NCBI GenBank assembly: GCA_963793865.1 | Contig: CAWCBP010000001.1 | Coordinates: forward strand, 1,120,001 to 1,184,000 | Reading direction: 5' to 3' | Length of the DNA: 64,000 nt | Source: an uncultured delta proteobacterium | Lineage (GTDB): Bacteria; Desulfobacterota; WTBG01 | Shown here: positions 31,466 to 40,674 of the stretch, one piece after another | How the letters are laid out: the number at the start of each line of letters is the position of its first letter | Numbering within the stretch: the first letter of the stretch is position 1 | Position numbers and translations under genes: made by a program | Notes under the pieces: model-generated | The model's database searches: none | Told to the model about the DNA's origin: nothing | The model's input: only the letters and a program-made list of their open reading frames with translations

Positions 31466-32024
31466 ATGAAGGTAACCGTTGGGACGATCCGTGATCGAGC
31501 TGGTAGAGGGAGATATTACCCTGCAGAAGGTTGATGCCATCGTCAACGCCGCCAACACCACCCTGCTCGGCGGAGGGGGCGTAGACGGGGCGATTCACCG
31601 TGCCGGCGGTCCCTCCATACTGCAGGAATGCAGAAAGATCGGCGGGTGTGCCACCGGGGATGCAGTCATTACCGGCGGCGGCAATCTGCCGGCCAGGCAT
31701 GTAATCCACACCGTCGGGCCGATATGGCGTGGGGGCTCGCACCGGGAGCCGGCCCTGCTCGCCGGCGCCTATGCAAAATCTCTCTCACTGGCAGCCGCGC
31801 GCAAGCTTACAAGCATCGCCTTTCCCTCCATCAGCACCGGCGCCTATGGATACCCGCTTGACCGGGCAGCCGACATCGCCCTCGCCACTGTCCTTGAACA
31901 CCTCAGGGGCCCCACGACACTGTCAACCGTCCGCTTCGTGCTTTTCAACCGGATGACATGTGAGGCTTACACGCATGCGCTGCGGGAATTGTGCACCGGT
32001 ACCGTCGACATCAGTTACACATAG
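31466..32024 (+). CDS. Macro domain protein (O-acetyl-ADP-ribose deacetylase, YmdB-like); apparent 1-nt frameshift near the 5' end
   Basis: GDIT, IVNAAN, GGGGVDGAIH, HVIHTVGP, AFPSISTGAYGYP. The RBS-backed ATG 31466 is out of frame with the body by one G. Confidence 0.9.
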
Positions 32025-32061
32025 CGGTTCATAACCCTGTCATTCAAACCGCAACCATCTT

Positions 32062-32940
32062 ATGAAAAAATACTTTTACATCATCCTGGGCTCCATCGGG
32101 GCAGCGCTTTTGATTGCCCTCATCATACTATCCTATGTTGACCGAACCGTGCTCTCCCCCTCCAAAACCGCCCGGGAAGTCAGCGCGCCTGAAAGCGCCG
32201 GCGGACCGGTTGGGCGCGTTCCCGGGCAGCCTGTCGCGGCAGATAATGAGGCTGCCGCATCCCGCCGGGGAGGCTTTTCCGAGGAAGGGGGCTCGATATC
32301 TTCTCCCTCGCTCAACCTGCGGCTTATCGGCACCACCGTCTTCGGGGAAAAATCCACCGCCATCCTTGAAGACACCATCAAGGGAACCCGCGGGGTCTAC
32401 CGGCTCAGGGACAGCGTGCGGGGATTTACCCTGGCCGCCATCGACAGTAACAGCGTCACCCTGACTGCGGGCGGCCAATCTCATGTTCTGACCCTCTCCC
32501 CCGGTGCCGGTCAGCCGGATGCCGATTCATTTTTTACAAAACTTGATGATAATTCCTGGCTGGTATCATCTGCCAAGGCAACCGACATGGTAAGCCACAT
32601 CGACCAGTATACGGGACAGGTGATCGCTTTTCAGCATCGCGAGAACGGCGAAGCCGCCGGCTTCAAGATCCGTCACCTGAAGGAAGGCAATGATTTTGAA
32701 AAACTGGGGCTCAAAAACAATGATATCATAAAACGGGTCAACGGATTGGAAGTAAACGACCTCACCGATGTGCTTCAGGCAGTGTATCAGCTGAGCGACG
32801 AGACAGAGTTCACCCTTGAGGTGCAGCGGGGGGACGGAATGCAGGACCTTAATTACCGTCTGGATAAAAATGTGAACGCGCTGGCGCCGATCATATCCCG
32901 CATGCTCAACATCCCGCTTTCCGCCGTCGGCATCCAGTAG
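32062..32940 (+). CDS. Type II secretion protein C (GspC)-like with PDZ domain
   Basis: N-terminal TM helix, LNLRLIGT..STAILED...GVYRL.D.V.G, PDZ-like FEKLGLKNNDIIKRVNG. Confidence 0.75.
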   Translation: MKKYFYIILGSIGAALLIALIILSYVDRTVLSPSKTAREVSAPESAGGPVGRVPGQPVAADNEAAASRRGGFSEEGGSISSPSLNLRLIGTTVFGEKSTAILEDTIKGTRGVYRLRDSVRGFTLAAIDSNSVTLTAGGQSHVLTLSPGAGQPDADSFFTKLDDNSWLVSSAKATDMVSHIDQYTGQVIAFQHRENGEAAGFKIRHLKEGNDFEKLGLKNNDIIKRVNGLEVNDLTDVLQAVYQLSDETEFTLEVQRGDGMQDLNYRLDKNVNALAPIISRMLNIPLSAVGIQ

Positions 32941-33057
32941 CTTTGCATACCTCACGTCCGGCCTGGATCATGTGCCGCAGGTCGGACATTGACATCTTTT
33001 TTCCGGCGTCAGGCGCATGCACCCGCTTTTCCTCACCGAAACCGGTGCATTTACCGT

Positions 33058-33360
33058 ATGCATCCTGAAGATGACAGCTTTTTTCATGAACCGGTGAAGA
33101 TCCCCTTGGAAGATTGGCTGGACCTGCACACGTTTTCACCCGGGGAGATTCCCGGGCTGATCGAGGAATATCTGGGGGAGTGCCGTACAAAAGGATTCGC
33201 CAGGGTCAGGATAATCCACGGAAAAGGGACCGGCGTGCTGCGGAACCTTGTGCACGCGTGCCTGAAGAAAAACCCCCTCATCGAACGGTTTTACCAGGCT
33301 TCGCCCGCAGAGGGGGGATGGGGCGCAACCATTGCCGTCCTGAAGGAGACAGCCCGCTGA
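33058..33360 (+). CDS. Smr/MutS-related domain protein
   Basis: LDLHTF, RIIHGKGTG, GGWGATI. Confidence 0.92.
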   Translation: MHPEDDSFFHEPVKIPLEDWLDLHTFSPGEIPGLIEEYLGECRTKGFARVRIIHGKGTGVLRNLVHACLKKNPLIERFYQASPAEGGWGATIAVLKETAR

Positions 33361-33429
33361 CCTGCTCATCAGCGCCGGCGCCAAACCGACTCTCGAAGCG
33401 GGCACAATGCCGCAGGGCCGCTCGCTTCC

Positions 33430-34830
33430 TCACCGGCTTTCAAGGGGAACATACGTATTGTTGAACTCACCGATGTACATGGCCCGGGGGCGGAATATCC
33501 GGTTGTGCTGCAAGTATTCCATCACCCGCGCCGTCCATCCTGCAGTTCGGCTCACCGCAAACATGGTGGTAAACATGTCCGGGGCAATATCCAGGCAGCT
33601 GTAGACAATGCCCGAGAAAAAATCCACGTTGGGAAAGATCTTCTTCTCGGCGCCGAGTCGCGAACTCATTTCCTTTTCCAGATCCTGCGCAATGTCGAAG
33701 AGCGGCTTTTTGTCCCGCCGCTTTTGCTCGACCAGAAATTGCGCCAGCGGGCCGAGAATGCGGGCCCGGGGATCATAGGCCTTGTAGACGCGATGGCCGA
33801 AGCCGGGAACCCTCCCTTTTCGGGCCATCACCTCGTCCAGCCAGGGGTTCACCCGCTTCGCCTCCCCAATTTTCATGAGGGTGCGAATGACCTCTTCATT
33901 GGCGCCTCCGTGAAGCGGGCCGTGAAGCGCCGCGATACCCGCGCCGACCGACAGATAGATGTCGGACAGGGTGGAAGCGACCACCAGGGTGGCAAAGGTG
34001 CTGGCGTTCATGCCGTGGTCCGCATGCAGAATCAGCGCCACGTCCATGACCCGCTCCTCCAGCGGCGACGGCCTCCTGCCGCTCATCATGTAGAGCAGAT
34101 TGGCGGCGTGCCCGAGCTCGGGATCCGGCTCAATCGGCATCCGGTTCTGCCGGACCCGGCCGATGGCGGCGGTAATGGTGGCAACCCCGGACAGAATATG
34201 CAGGCAGGCCTCAAGCCCGCCCGGGTCCTGCAGCCGCGTATCCCCCGCTTCCCGTTCGGCAATGACCGGGCGGTTGAATTCGTAAATGGCCTTTTGCTCA
34301 CCCCGGGGCACGGTCTCCATGGGAATGGAATCTTCATCGCTGCTGATGGCATCGCCCGTGCCCGGCTTTCCCTCCTCCTGGTCGGCATAGGTAAATTCCT
34401 GCCGCATCAGGTTCGTGCCCAGCCGCAGCGCGGACATGGCGTTCATCGATTCCACCTCAAAGCCCATCAGCATGCGCAGCGTCTTGTTGAGCAGGCGGTA
34501 CCCGACCAGCCTCTTTTTATAAGCGGCGAGCTGCGCGCTGCTTGGAAGCGCACCATACATGAGCAGGTAGCTTACCTCTTCATAGGTTGAATGGGCACAG
34601 AGGTCGAATATGTCGTAACCGCGGTATATGAGCCAGCCCTTGGTTCCATTGACATATCCGATTTTGCTTTCGCAGGCGATGGCACCTTCAAGGCCTGGCC
34701 CCACCGTGCAGGTCAGGGGCCATTCCACCGACCGCGTCACCGCCGGGTCCGGGGCATCTTTGGTTTCGCGCCGGGCCTTTTCCCCCGCCGCCTCTATCAA
34801 ATCGGTAATCTGCTGCAAATCGTCGGTCAT
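33430..34830 (-). CDS. gltA: Citrate (or 2-methylcitrate) synthase
   Basis: GLEG, LIYRGY, HADHGMNAST, GPLHGGANE, GFGHRVY, PNVDF, SRTAGW. Confidence 0.9.
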   Translation of the reverse strand: MTDDLQQITDLIEAAGEKARRETKDAPDPAVTRSVEWPLTCTVGPGLEGAIACESKIGYVNGTKGWLIYRGYDIFDLCAHSTYEEVSYLLMYGALPSSAQLAAYKKRLVGYRLLNKTLRMLMGFEVESMNAMSALRLGTNLMRQEFTYADQEEGKPGTGDAISSDEDSIPMETVPRGEQKAIYEFNRPVIAEREAGDTRLQDPGGLEACLHILSGVATITAAIGRVRQNRMPIEPDPELGHAANLLYMMSGRRPSPLEERVMDVALILHADHGMNASTFATLVVASTLSDIYLSVGAGIAALHGPLHGGANEEVIRTLMKIGEAKRVNPWLDEVMARKGRVPGFGHRVYKAYDPRARILGPLAQFLVEQKRRDKKPLFDIAQDLEKEMSSRLGAEKKIFPNVDFFSGIVYSCLDIAPDMFTTMFAVSRTAGWTARVMEYLQHNRIFRPRAMYIGEFNNTYVPLESR

Positions 34831-34848
34831 AATTACTCCACCCGTTGG

Positions 34849-37104
34849 TTAACCCTCACCGGCCGTTTCCGGCCGGGCGCCCGCTGCCTGCAGCGGTGAT
34901 TCCAGGGGCAGCTTTATGACGAACATGGTACCCCTGGGTATTCCCCGCATCACTTCGATCGTACCTCCATGATTATTGATTATTTGCGCCGAAACAGTAA
35001 GTCCCAGACCGGAACCGGTGGACTTGCTGCTGAAAAAGGCGTCAAACAGTTTGTCAATATTCCCCTCGTCTATGCCCACCCCGGTATCCGCAATTTCAAT
35101 CTTCACCCACCCGTCCTCCTGCCGGGTAGAAACGGTAATGCACCCGCCGTCAGGCATTGCCTGGATGGCATTCCTGATAATATTAATGATGACCCTCCTG
35201 ATCTGGTTTTCGTCCAGGCAGAGCAGCGGCAGCCCCTCGGCAGGACGGCACTCAACGCTTACCCTGTTTTCCTCCAGCTCTACCGCCAGGATCTCCACAA
35301 TCTTGGCGATGATGGCGTTGCAGTCGGCAAGGGTACACGTCGGTTCCGCGGGCTTGGCAAAATAGAGAATGTCCGCCAGGATATTCTCGAGATTGCTGAT
35401 TTCTTCGATGATGATTCTCAAATAGTTCCTGTTGAGCTCTTCGCCTTCCATGTCCTTTTTCAGCAGGCGGCGCGCAAAGCCCCCGATGGCCACCATGGGA
35501 TTTCGTATCTCGTGGGTAACCTTGGCAGCGAGTTCCCCGACGGCTGAAAGCCGCTCGTAGCGAATGAGCTTATCCCGGTTTGCCTGAAGCTGGTTGTAGG
35601 CGCTGCTCAGCTCATCCAGCTTCTCCTCAAGGGTCTGATAGAGATTCGAGTTTTCAATGGCAAGACTGGCGTGATTGGCAAAGGCCCGAAGCCGCTCCAC
35701 ATCCTCATCGGTGATGGCCTCGCGGTTGATAAAATTGTCCGCCAGCAGCACACCCAGCGGCTTGCCGCGTGATGCCAGGGGCACCAGCGCGAAATCACCG
35801 GTCCCCAGGAGCGCGAGCAAGCCCTTGTCAATGAGGGGATTTTCGAATCCGTTCATGACATTAAATGATTTTCCTTCCTGCACGCACACGGTAAAGATGG
35901 ACTCGGCGCCGGTGAGCGATATTTTCATCTGCCTGACCAGACTGTTGATGGGCTCATCCTCCTTCGACAGCCCCCCCTGCCGCGACTGCAGGAGCGCTTT
36001 GAGGGTGTGCTTCTCGTGCGATAAGCTGTCCCAGATCTGATATGCCTCGCCGGCGCTGAGTGAGCCGGTGGCCACCCTTCCCTCGAGAACCGATCCGTCG
36101 CTGTTGATCAGAAAAAGGAAGGCCCGATTGAAGCCCAGCGCCTGGTACGCGGTTGCCCCGATCAGGATCATGTGAAGGATTTCATTGAGCTCGCGGGTGC
36201 TGAGGAGCACCTCGCTGATCTCGTTCATAATGAAGAGCTCGGTGACCTTGTTCTGCAGCCGCTCTTCCATGCGTGCTTTTTCCTCGAGCGATTTCTTTCT
36301 CTCGCTGATTTCACGAATTATGGCCACCGCGCCTATTCGGGACCCGTTCTCGCTTTGCAGGGCGTGAATGTTCTGCTCAACGGGTATTATTCTTCCGTCG
36401 CTGTGCACATAATAGCTTTCCCAGTTGGCAATCCTCCCTTCCCTTATCAGGCGGGTCCTGTGCTCTTTCATGCGGTCCAGATACCGGTCATCTATGTCCA
36501 CATACTCCCCGGTGACGGATTGATACCTGCCCTTCCGGGAGGGGGTGAAGTCAAGGACGTGCTTATTGAGTATCTCCTGCTTATCCGTGCCCACAAGCTT
36601 CATAAACGAGTTGTTCACCCTGGTAATGATCCCCTGTTCATTTGAGATGACAATGGAGTCCAGGGAGCTTTCTATGACATTTTCCAGATATTCATTCAGT
36701 TCCCTGAGGCTGCTGCTGGTGCCGATGGCGTCAGCCCTCAGCTGCCGCTCCTTTATGACCCGGTTCAGTTTTGCCTGCACCTCGTTTTCGGTGAACGGCT
36801 TGAGTATAAAATCACTGGCCCCGGCATTGATCACATCGGTAAAGGTAAAGTCGCCGGCGTACCCGGTGACGCTTATCACATCAGCATCAGGATGCCTTGT
36901 CTTTATCTCTTTTATCAGCTCTATGCCGTCCATGCCCGGCATTCTGATATCGGTAATCACCAGCGAAATGTCACCCTCCTCATGAAGCATGGTCAGGGCC
37001 TGTAGTCCATCTGCTGCCGTCCGGCATCCGTAGCCGAAGCGGGTCAGCATTTCATGAAAGATTTCCCGTATCTGGGGATCATCATCTACGACTAGTATCT
37101 TCAA
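34849..37104 (-). CDS. Hybrid signalling protein REC-PAS-GAF-HisKA-HATPase
   Basis: KILVVDDD/DIRMPG receiver, PAS, GAF, HEIRNP, NAIQAM, DTGVG, GSGLGL. Confidence 0.92.
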   Translation of the reverse strand: MKILVVDDDPQIREIFHEMLTRFGYGCRTAADGLQALTMLHEEGDISLVITDIRMPGMDGIELIKEIKTRHPDADVISVTGYAGDFTFTDVINAGASDFILKPFTENEVQAKLNRVIKERQLRADAIGTSSSLRELNEYLENVIESSLDSIVISNEQGIITRVNNSFMKLVGTDKQEILNKHVLDFTPSRKGRYQSVTGEYVDIDDRYLDRMKEHRTRLIREGRIANWESYYVHSDGRIIPVEQNIHALQSENGSRIGAVAIIREISERKKSLEEKARMEERLQNKVTELFIMNEISEVLLSTRELNEILHMILIGATAYQALGFNRAFLFLINSDGSVLEGRVATGSLSAGEAYQIWDSLSHEKHTLKALLQSRQGGLSKEDEPINSLVRQMKISLTGAESIFTVCVQEGKSFNVMNGFENPLIDKGLLALLGTGDFALVPLASRGKPLGVLLADNFINREAITDEDVERLRAFANHASLAIENSNLYQTLEEKLDELSSAYNQLQANRDKLIRYERLSAVGELAAKVTHEIRNPMVAIGGFARRLLKKDMEGEELNRNYLRIIIEEISNLENILADILYFAKPAEPTCTLADCNAIIAKIVEILAVELEENRVSVECRPAEGLPLLCLDENQIRRVIINIIRNAIQAMPDGGCITVSTRQEDGWVKIEIADTGVGIDEGNIDKLFDAFFSSKSTGSGLGLTVSAQIINNHGGTIEVMRGIPRGTMFVIKLPLESPLQAAGARPETAGEG

Positions 37105-37707
37105 CGTTTACCCCGTCATAAACCTGTTGGGTGACACTGTATTCCGGCGAGAAGCGCCCATCCCTGCGAGGGATCATTGCCGCATGCCCATAATGGCATG
37201 GTGCGGCTCAAAATAAAAAAACTCACTTTCATCGCAGTCATCCTTAAAAAGCGAGGTCATTCTCACGTGCTTACATGACAACCCTTAAATAGTAAATAAT
37301 ATAAATGCCGGGTCACGTCAATTAAAAACAGGTTGAACGCTTGTAACGAGGAAAACAATGTGATCGGTCCGTGCGGGCAGGTATAATTTTATATGTCGGC
37401 CTGTATACTAATCTGTAACCATCCCCCGCAAAATTCGATCGTGAGCGGCTGAAGAACATGGCGGCTACGATTGTGCCCGGTATGTTGACAGTCCCCCGAC
37501 ATCGCCGCCGCATTACCAGCACATACATGTCGAGCGCGCGCGCCGTCGATTTTGCATCAGGTGAACAGGCATAGAGCATGCTGGTACAACTATTGCATTT
37601 GTAGTGGTTTGAAGGCTTGTTCATCGCCCGCTCAGGCCGACTCGCTTACAAATCAGCGTGATGCACATACCCGCTCGCCTTACGTCCGGTTAACGGCAGG
37701 CCCTGCA

Positions 37708-38232
37708 ATGCAAAAGAGAAGCTTTACCCGCTATGATGTGCATATCGAAGGACGATATTGCGCAGAGGACGGGAACCGGGAATGGAAACCATGCCTCATC
37801 ACCAAGATAAGCCGCAAAGGCATCGGCGTGGTGTTTCCTGCCAACGGACTCCCTGTGCCGGGTTCATTGCTTGTGTTCAGCATATCCCCCTCGCAGGGGT
37901 CTGAAGCAATACATCTGCGGGGAGCGCTTAAATGGCTTCAGACCATCGACGGCAGGCAGAGCGGCGGGATAGAATTGAACCGGATAGTGGACGAACTGCA
38001 ATGGCTGCAGCTGATTTACTTTATCCGTCAGCCGGAAGCTGAAAAGCGGGTTATCGACCTCAGAACCATGCCTGAGCATCGGGCCTTGAAAAACAACCGT
38101 GCACCCTCCCCCGGCGAAAGTAATAATGCCCACCAGGCTGGACTATATAAAAAACATTCTCAATTACAAGATTCTCTAGTCCAAACCTCCTCATCTACCG
38201 GCAGCACGCAATCCCCTGCCGGGACTCGTTAA
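37708..38232 (+). CDS. PilZ-domain protein
   Basis: KRSFTR (RxxxR) and KISRKG (variant of D/NxSxxG); C-terminus uncertain. Confidence 0.72.
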   Translation: MQKRSFTRYDVHIEGRYCAEDGNREWKPCLITKISRKGIGVVFPANGLPVPGSLLVFSISPSQGSEAIHLRGALKWLQTIDGRQSGGIELNRIVDELQWLQLIYFIRQPEAEKRVIDLRTMPEHRALKNNRAPSPGESNNAHQAGLYKKHSQLQDSLVQTSSSTGSTQSPAGTR

Positions 38233-38259
38233 AACTGCGGCTCATCAATCAGTGATCAA

Positions 38260-40476
38260 TTAATAACTGCACCACGGTACTGTCGCGCAGGATGGACATG
38301 GGTTGTTGAGCCCGTTCCTTCCAAAATCAGACTTGAACCGTGCCGCATCGCTTCCATCCACGTTGCCGTTGCATGAAAAATCTCCGTTGCACGGATCTCC
38401 GGCATTGCATGGCCTGGTCATGGTATTGCGGCCAAAATCCACTTTGAAGATCGCTGCGTCCGACCCGTCACAATCATTATCGCCGTTAAAATTACCTTCG
38501 CAATCACAGGCATTGCCGCACCCGTTCCCACCCGGAGGTAAAGTGTCTTCCTGGGCGGAATTAGTGTCAGCAGGACAGTTATCGTCACAATTCTCTGTTG
38601 CCCCACCGGCACAAAAATTATCGCCGGGAATGCCGCTGTAGTCTCCATCAATAAAAATCCCATCGTTATCAGAAACCACCGTTTCCTCCGCGACCTTCAG
38701 AATCTGGACATCTTCGTCGAAAACGGTGTACTCCGGTTGCTTGGCGGTAAGCAGTTGAAAGCTTTGATCGCGCTGGATGTTGTTCACGCTGAAGGTTTCA
38801 GTCGTATCATCGGTGTAATGTACGGTAAACTCAACCGGCATAATGTAGTAGTTGCGCAGCGGTGTCCCTGCAATATCCAGCACCGAATGGCCCTGCGTCT
38901 GACGGAGGTTGACATCAACCTCATAGCCGCCTTCGCGACTCGAATTCTCATAGGTCACTTCGTAGGTCGGCCGGTACGGGGTATAGATCCACTGGTTGAA
39001 AAAGTCTGTGAGTGAACTGCCGTAATACGTTTCAAGAACGCTTTTTAAATCATCGGTGGTCGCGTTTCCGTATGCATGAGCCGCACCAAAGGCCTTCAGC
39101 GCATTTATGAAGCTCACATCACCCATGATATAGCGCAGCATATGGAACACCCATCCCCCTTTTTCATAAATCGCACCGGTTGGCAGAAAGGGCATGAGAA
39201 GGTCTTCATCTTCAACATAGACCGTTTCAGCCAGTTCACCGGCATAAAGGCCATCATCGTAATTTACTGCCATGAAGGGGCCGGCAGGCTCTCCCGAGTC
39301 ATACTCGTGGAAAAGAACTTCAGAGTAAGTCGCCAGACCTTCGTGGAGCCAGAGGTGATTCCAGGTAGCACAGGTTACCCAGTCTCCCCACCACTGGTGT
39401 GCAAGCTCATGAACAATCACATCCCAGTTTACTGCAGCCCTGGCAGCCCTGTAAGCCAGGCTGGTCATGGTCTGGTTCTCCACGCTTCCCATGCTGTTGA
39501 GTGTCTCGGCAAGAGCATATTTCTCATTGATAAAAGGATATTCTCCATAGATCTGGGCAAAATATTCCATAGCATCCTTGGTCACGGGAAAATCATTCCT
39601 GGCCTTGATTTCATCCTCCGGAAATGCGTAGTAATATATGGTCATTGTGGTCGCATCCAGAGGAGATACGTAGGTATCCGTCCAGGAAACATAATCTGTC
39701 ATAGTAACCGCCAGCACATCAGTATATAAGGGGTTATTCTCAATCCAGTGGGCAGTTTTTGTCCCATCACCATTATTCACCTCGCTTTGGAGAAGCCCGT
39801 TGGCCACCCCTACCATCCAGTCAGGAAAGGTCATGTATATATCTGCAGTCGCCTTGTCACCGGGAACATTATAACAGGGAAACCAACCCGGAGCCATGTA
39901 CGGCTGGTCAACGCTGCAAATACCCGGAGTGCCCGTAAGCGTCGTACACGGGGGGGTGGCACAGTGCAACCTGAACATCAGTCCCTGATAGATCTTTCCA
40001 TAGAGATGGGTATAATCAACCACGATCACAAACGCCTCATCCGGCGCAATGGGATCAGCACTCAGATCCATCAAGATCTTATCCTGCGACCTTGTATAAC
40101 TGGAAAATGGATTACCGTTCAAGGTGAGCGAATTGATGGTGATGTTGTCATACAAATCTATAATCAGCTGATTCAGTGTCTGCGCCTTTGCCTTTCCGCT
40201 TATAGTTGTCACCGCATCAAGATATGCAGTATCAGGATAAGAGGCTCCCAGGTTAAACTCCGCCTCAATGGTGTAGTGGAGCATATCTACTTCCTGATAA
40301 ATGGGGGGGTATGTCTGACTGGCCAAGGAGAAGGGTGGATATTCAAACTCTCTCCAGGCATGGTCGAGGACCGGTGCAGCGCTCATTTGTGAAAAGAGCT
40401 GCGCGTTCGGGTATGCACTGAATGCAACTGTACATGCGACGATCAGCAAAGATAGCTTCTTCACCCGATTCATCAT
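38260..40476 (-). CDS. Secreted M1 family aminopeptidase with C-terminal TSP3-like and Cys-rich dockerin-like module (module A)
   Basis: Signal peptide, GSVEN (GxMEN variant), HELAH-x18-E, YEKG; tail with two G[ND]F.....DGSDAA.FK.DFGR repeats. Confidence 0.9.
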   Translation of the reverse strand: MMNRVKKLSLLIVACTVAFSAYPNAQLFSQMSAAPVLDHAWREFEYPPFSLASQTYPPIYQEVDMLHYTIEAEFNLGASYPDTAYLDAVTTISGKAKAQTLNQLIIDLYDNITINSLTLNGNPFSSYTRSQDKILMDLSADPIAPDEAFVIVVDYTHLYGKIYQGLMFRLHCATPPCTTLTGTPGICSVDQPYMAPGWFPCYNVPGDKATADIYMTFPDWMVGVANGLLQSEVNNGDGTKTAHWIENNPLYTDVLAVTMTDYVSWTDTYVSPLDATTMTIYYYAFPEDEIKARNDFPVTKDAMEYFAQIYGEYPFINEKYALAETLNSMGSVENQTMTSLAYRAARAAVNWDVIVHELAHQWWGDWVTCATWNHLWLHEGLATYSEVLFHEYDSGEPAGPFMAVNYDDGLYAGELAETVYVEDEDLLMPFLPTGAIYEKGGWVFHMLRYIMGDVSFINALKAFGAAHAYGNATTDDLKSVLETYYGSSLTDFFNQWIYTPYRPTYEVTYENSSREGGYEVDVNLRQTQGHSVLDIAGTPLRNYYIMPVEFTVHYTDDTTETFSVNNIQRDQSFQLLTAKQPEYTVFDEDVQILKVAEETVVSDNDGIFIDGDYSGIPGDNFCAGGATENCDDNCPADTNSAQEDTLPPGGNGCGNACDCEGNFNGDNDCDGSDAAIFKVDFGRNTMTRPCNAGDPCNGDFSCNGNVDGSDAARFKSDFGRNGLNNPCPSCATVPWCSY

Positions 40477-40568
40477 TGTCTTACCCTCCTCTCGATTGCA
40501 TTTTTTAGTATATCAATCATGCAAGCAACGACTCATGATCATATCCCCGGACAATATCTGAAATTTCA

Positions 40569-40618
40569 GTAGGGGCACACTCATTCGCTATACATTCGCC
40601 GCATAAAGCCGCTCCTAC
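40569..40618. repeat. Degenerate GTAG-type REP doublet
   Basis: gtaggggc...gccgctcctac, related to 23956-24005. Confidence 0.55.
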
Positions 40619-40674
40619 CGACTATCAATGTTCCTTCCTGAGAAAAAAATTCCCGGATTTGAGCCTGTACAAAT

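Noticed and set aside
37568..37583. Sigma54-like site upstream of the PilZ gene (AGGCAT-N5-ATGCT)
   Set aside because: Several mismatches to consensus; could occur by chance.
38100..38232. Possible frameshift in the PilZ gene tail (alternative frame PAKVIMPTRLDYIKNILNYKIL)
   Set aside because: Plausible but cannot be supported without homologs or reads.
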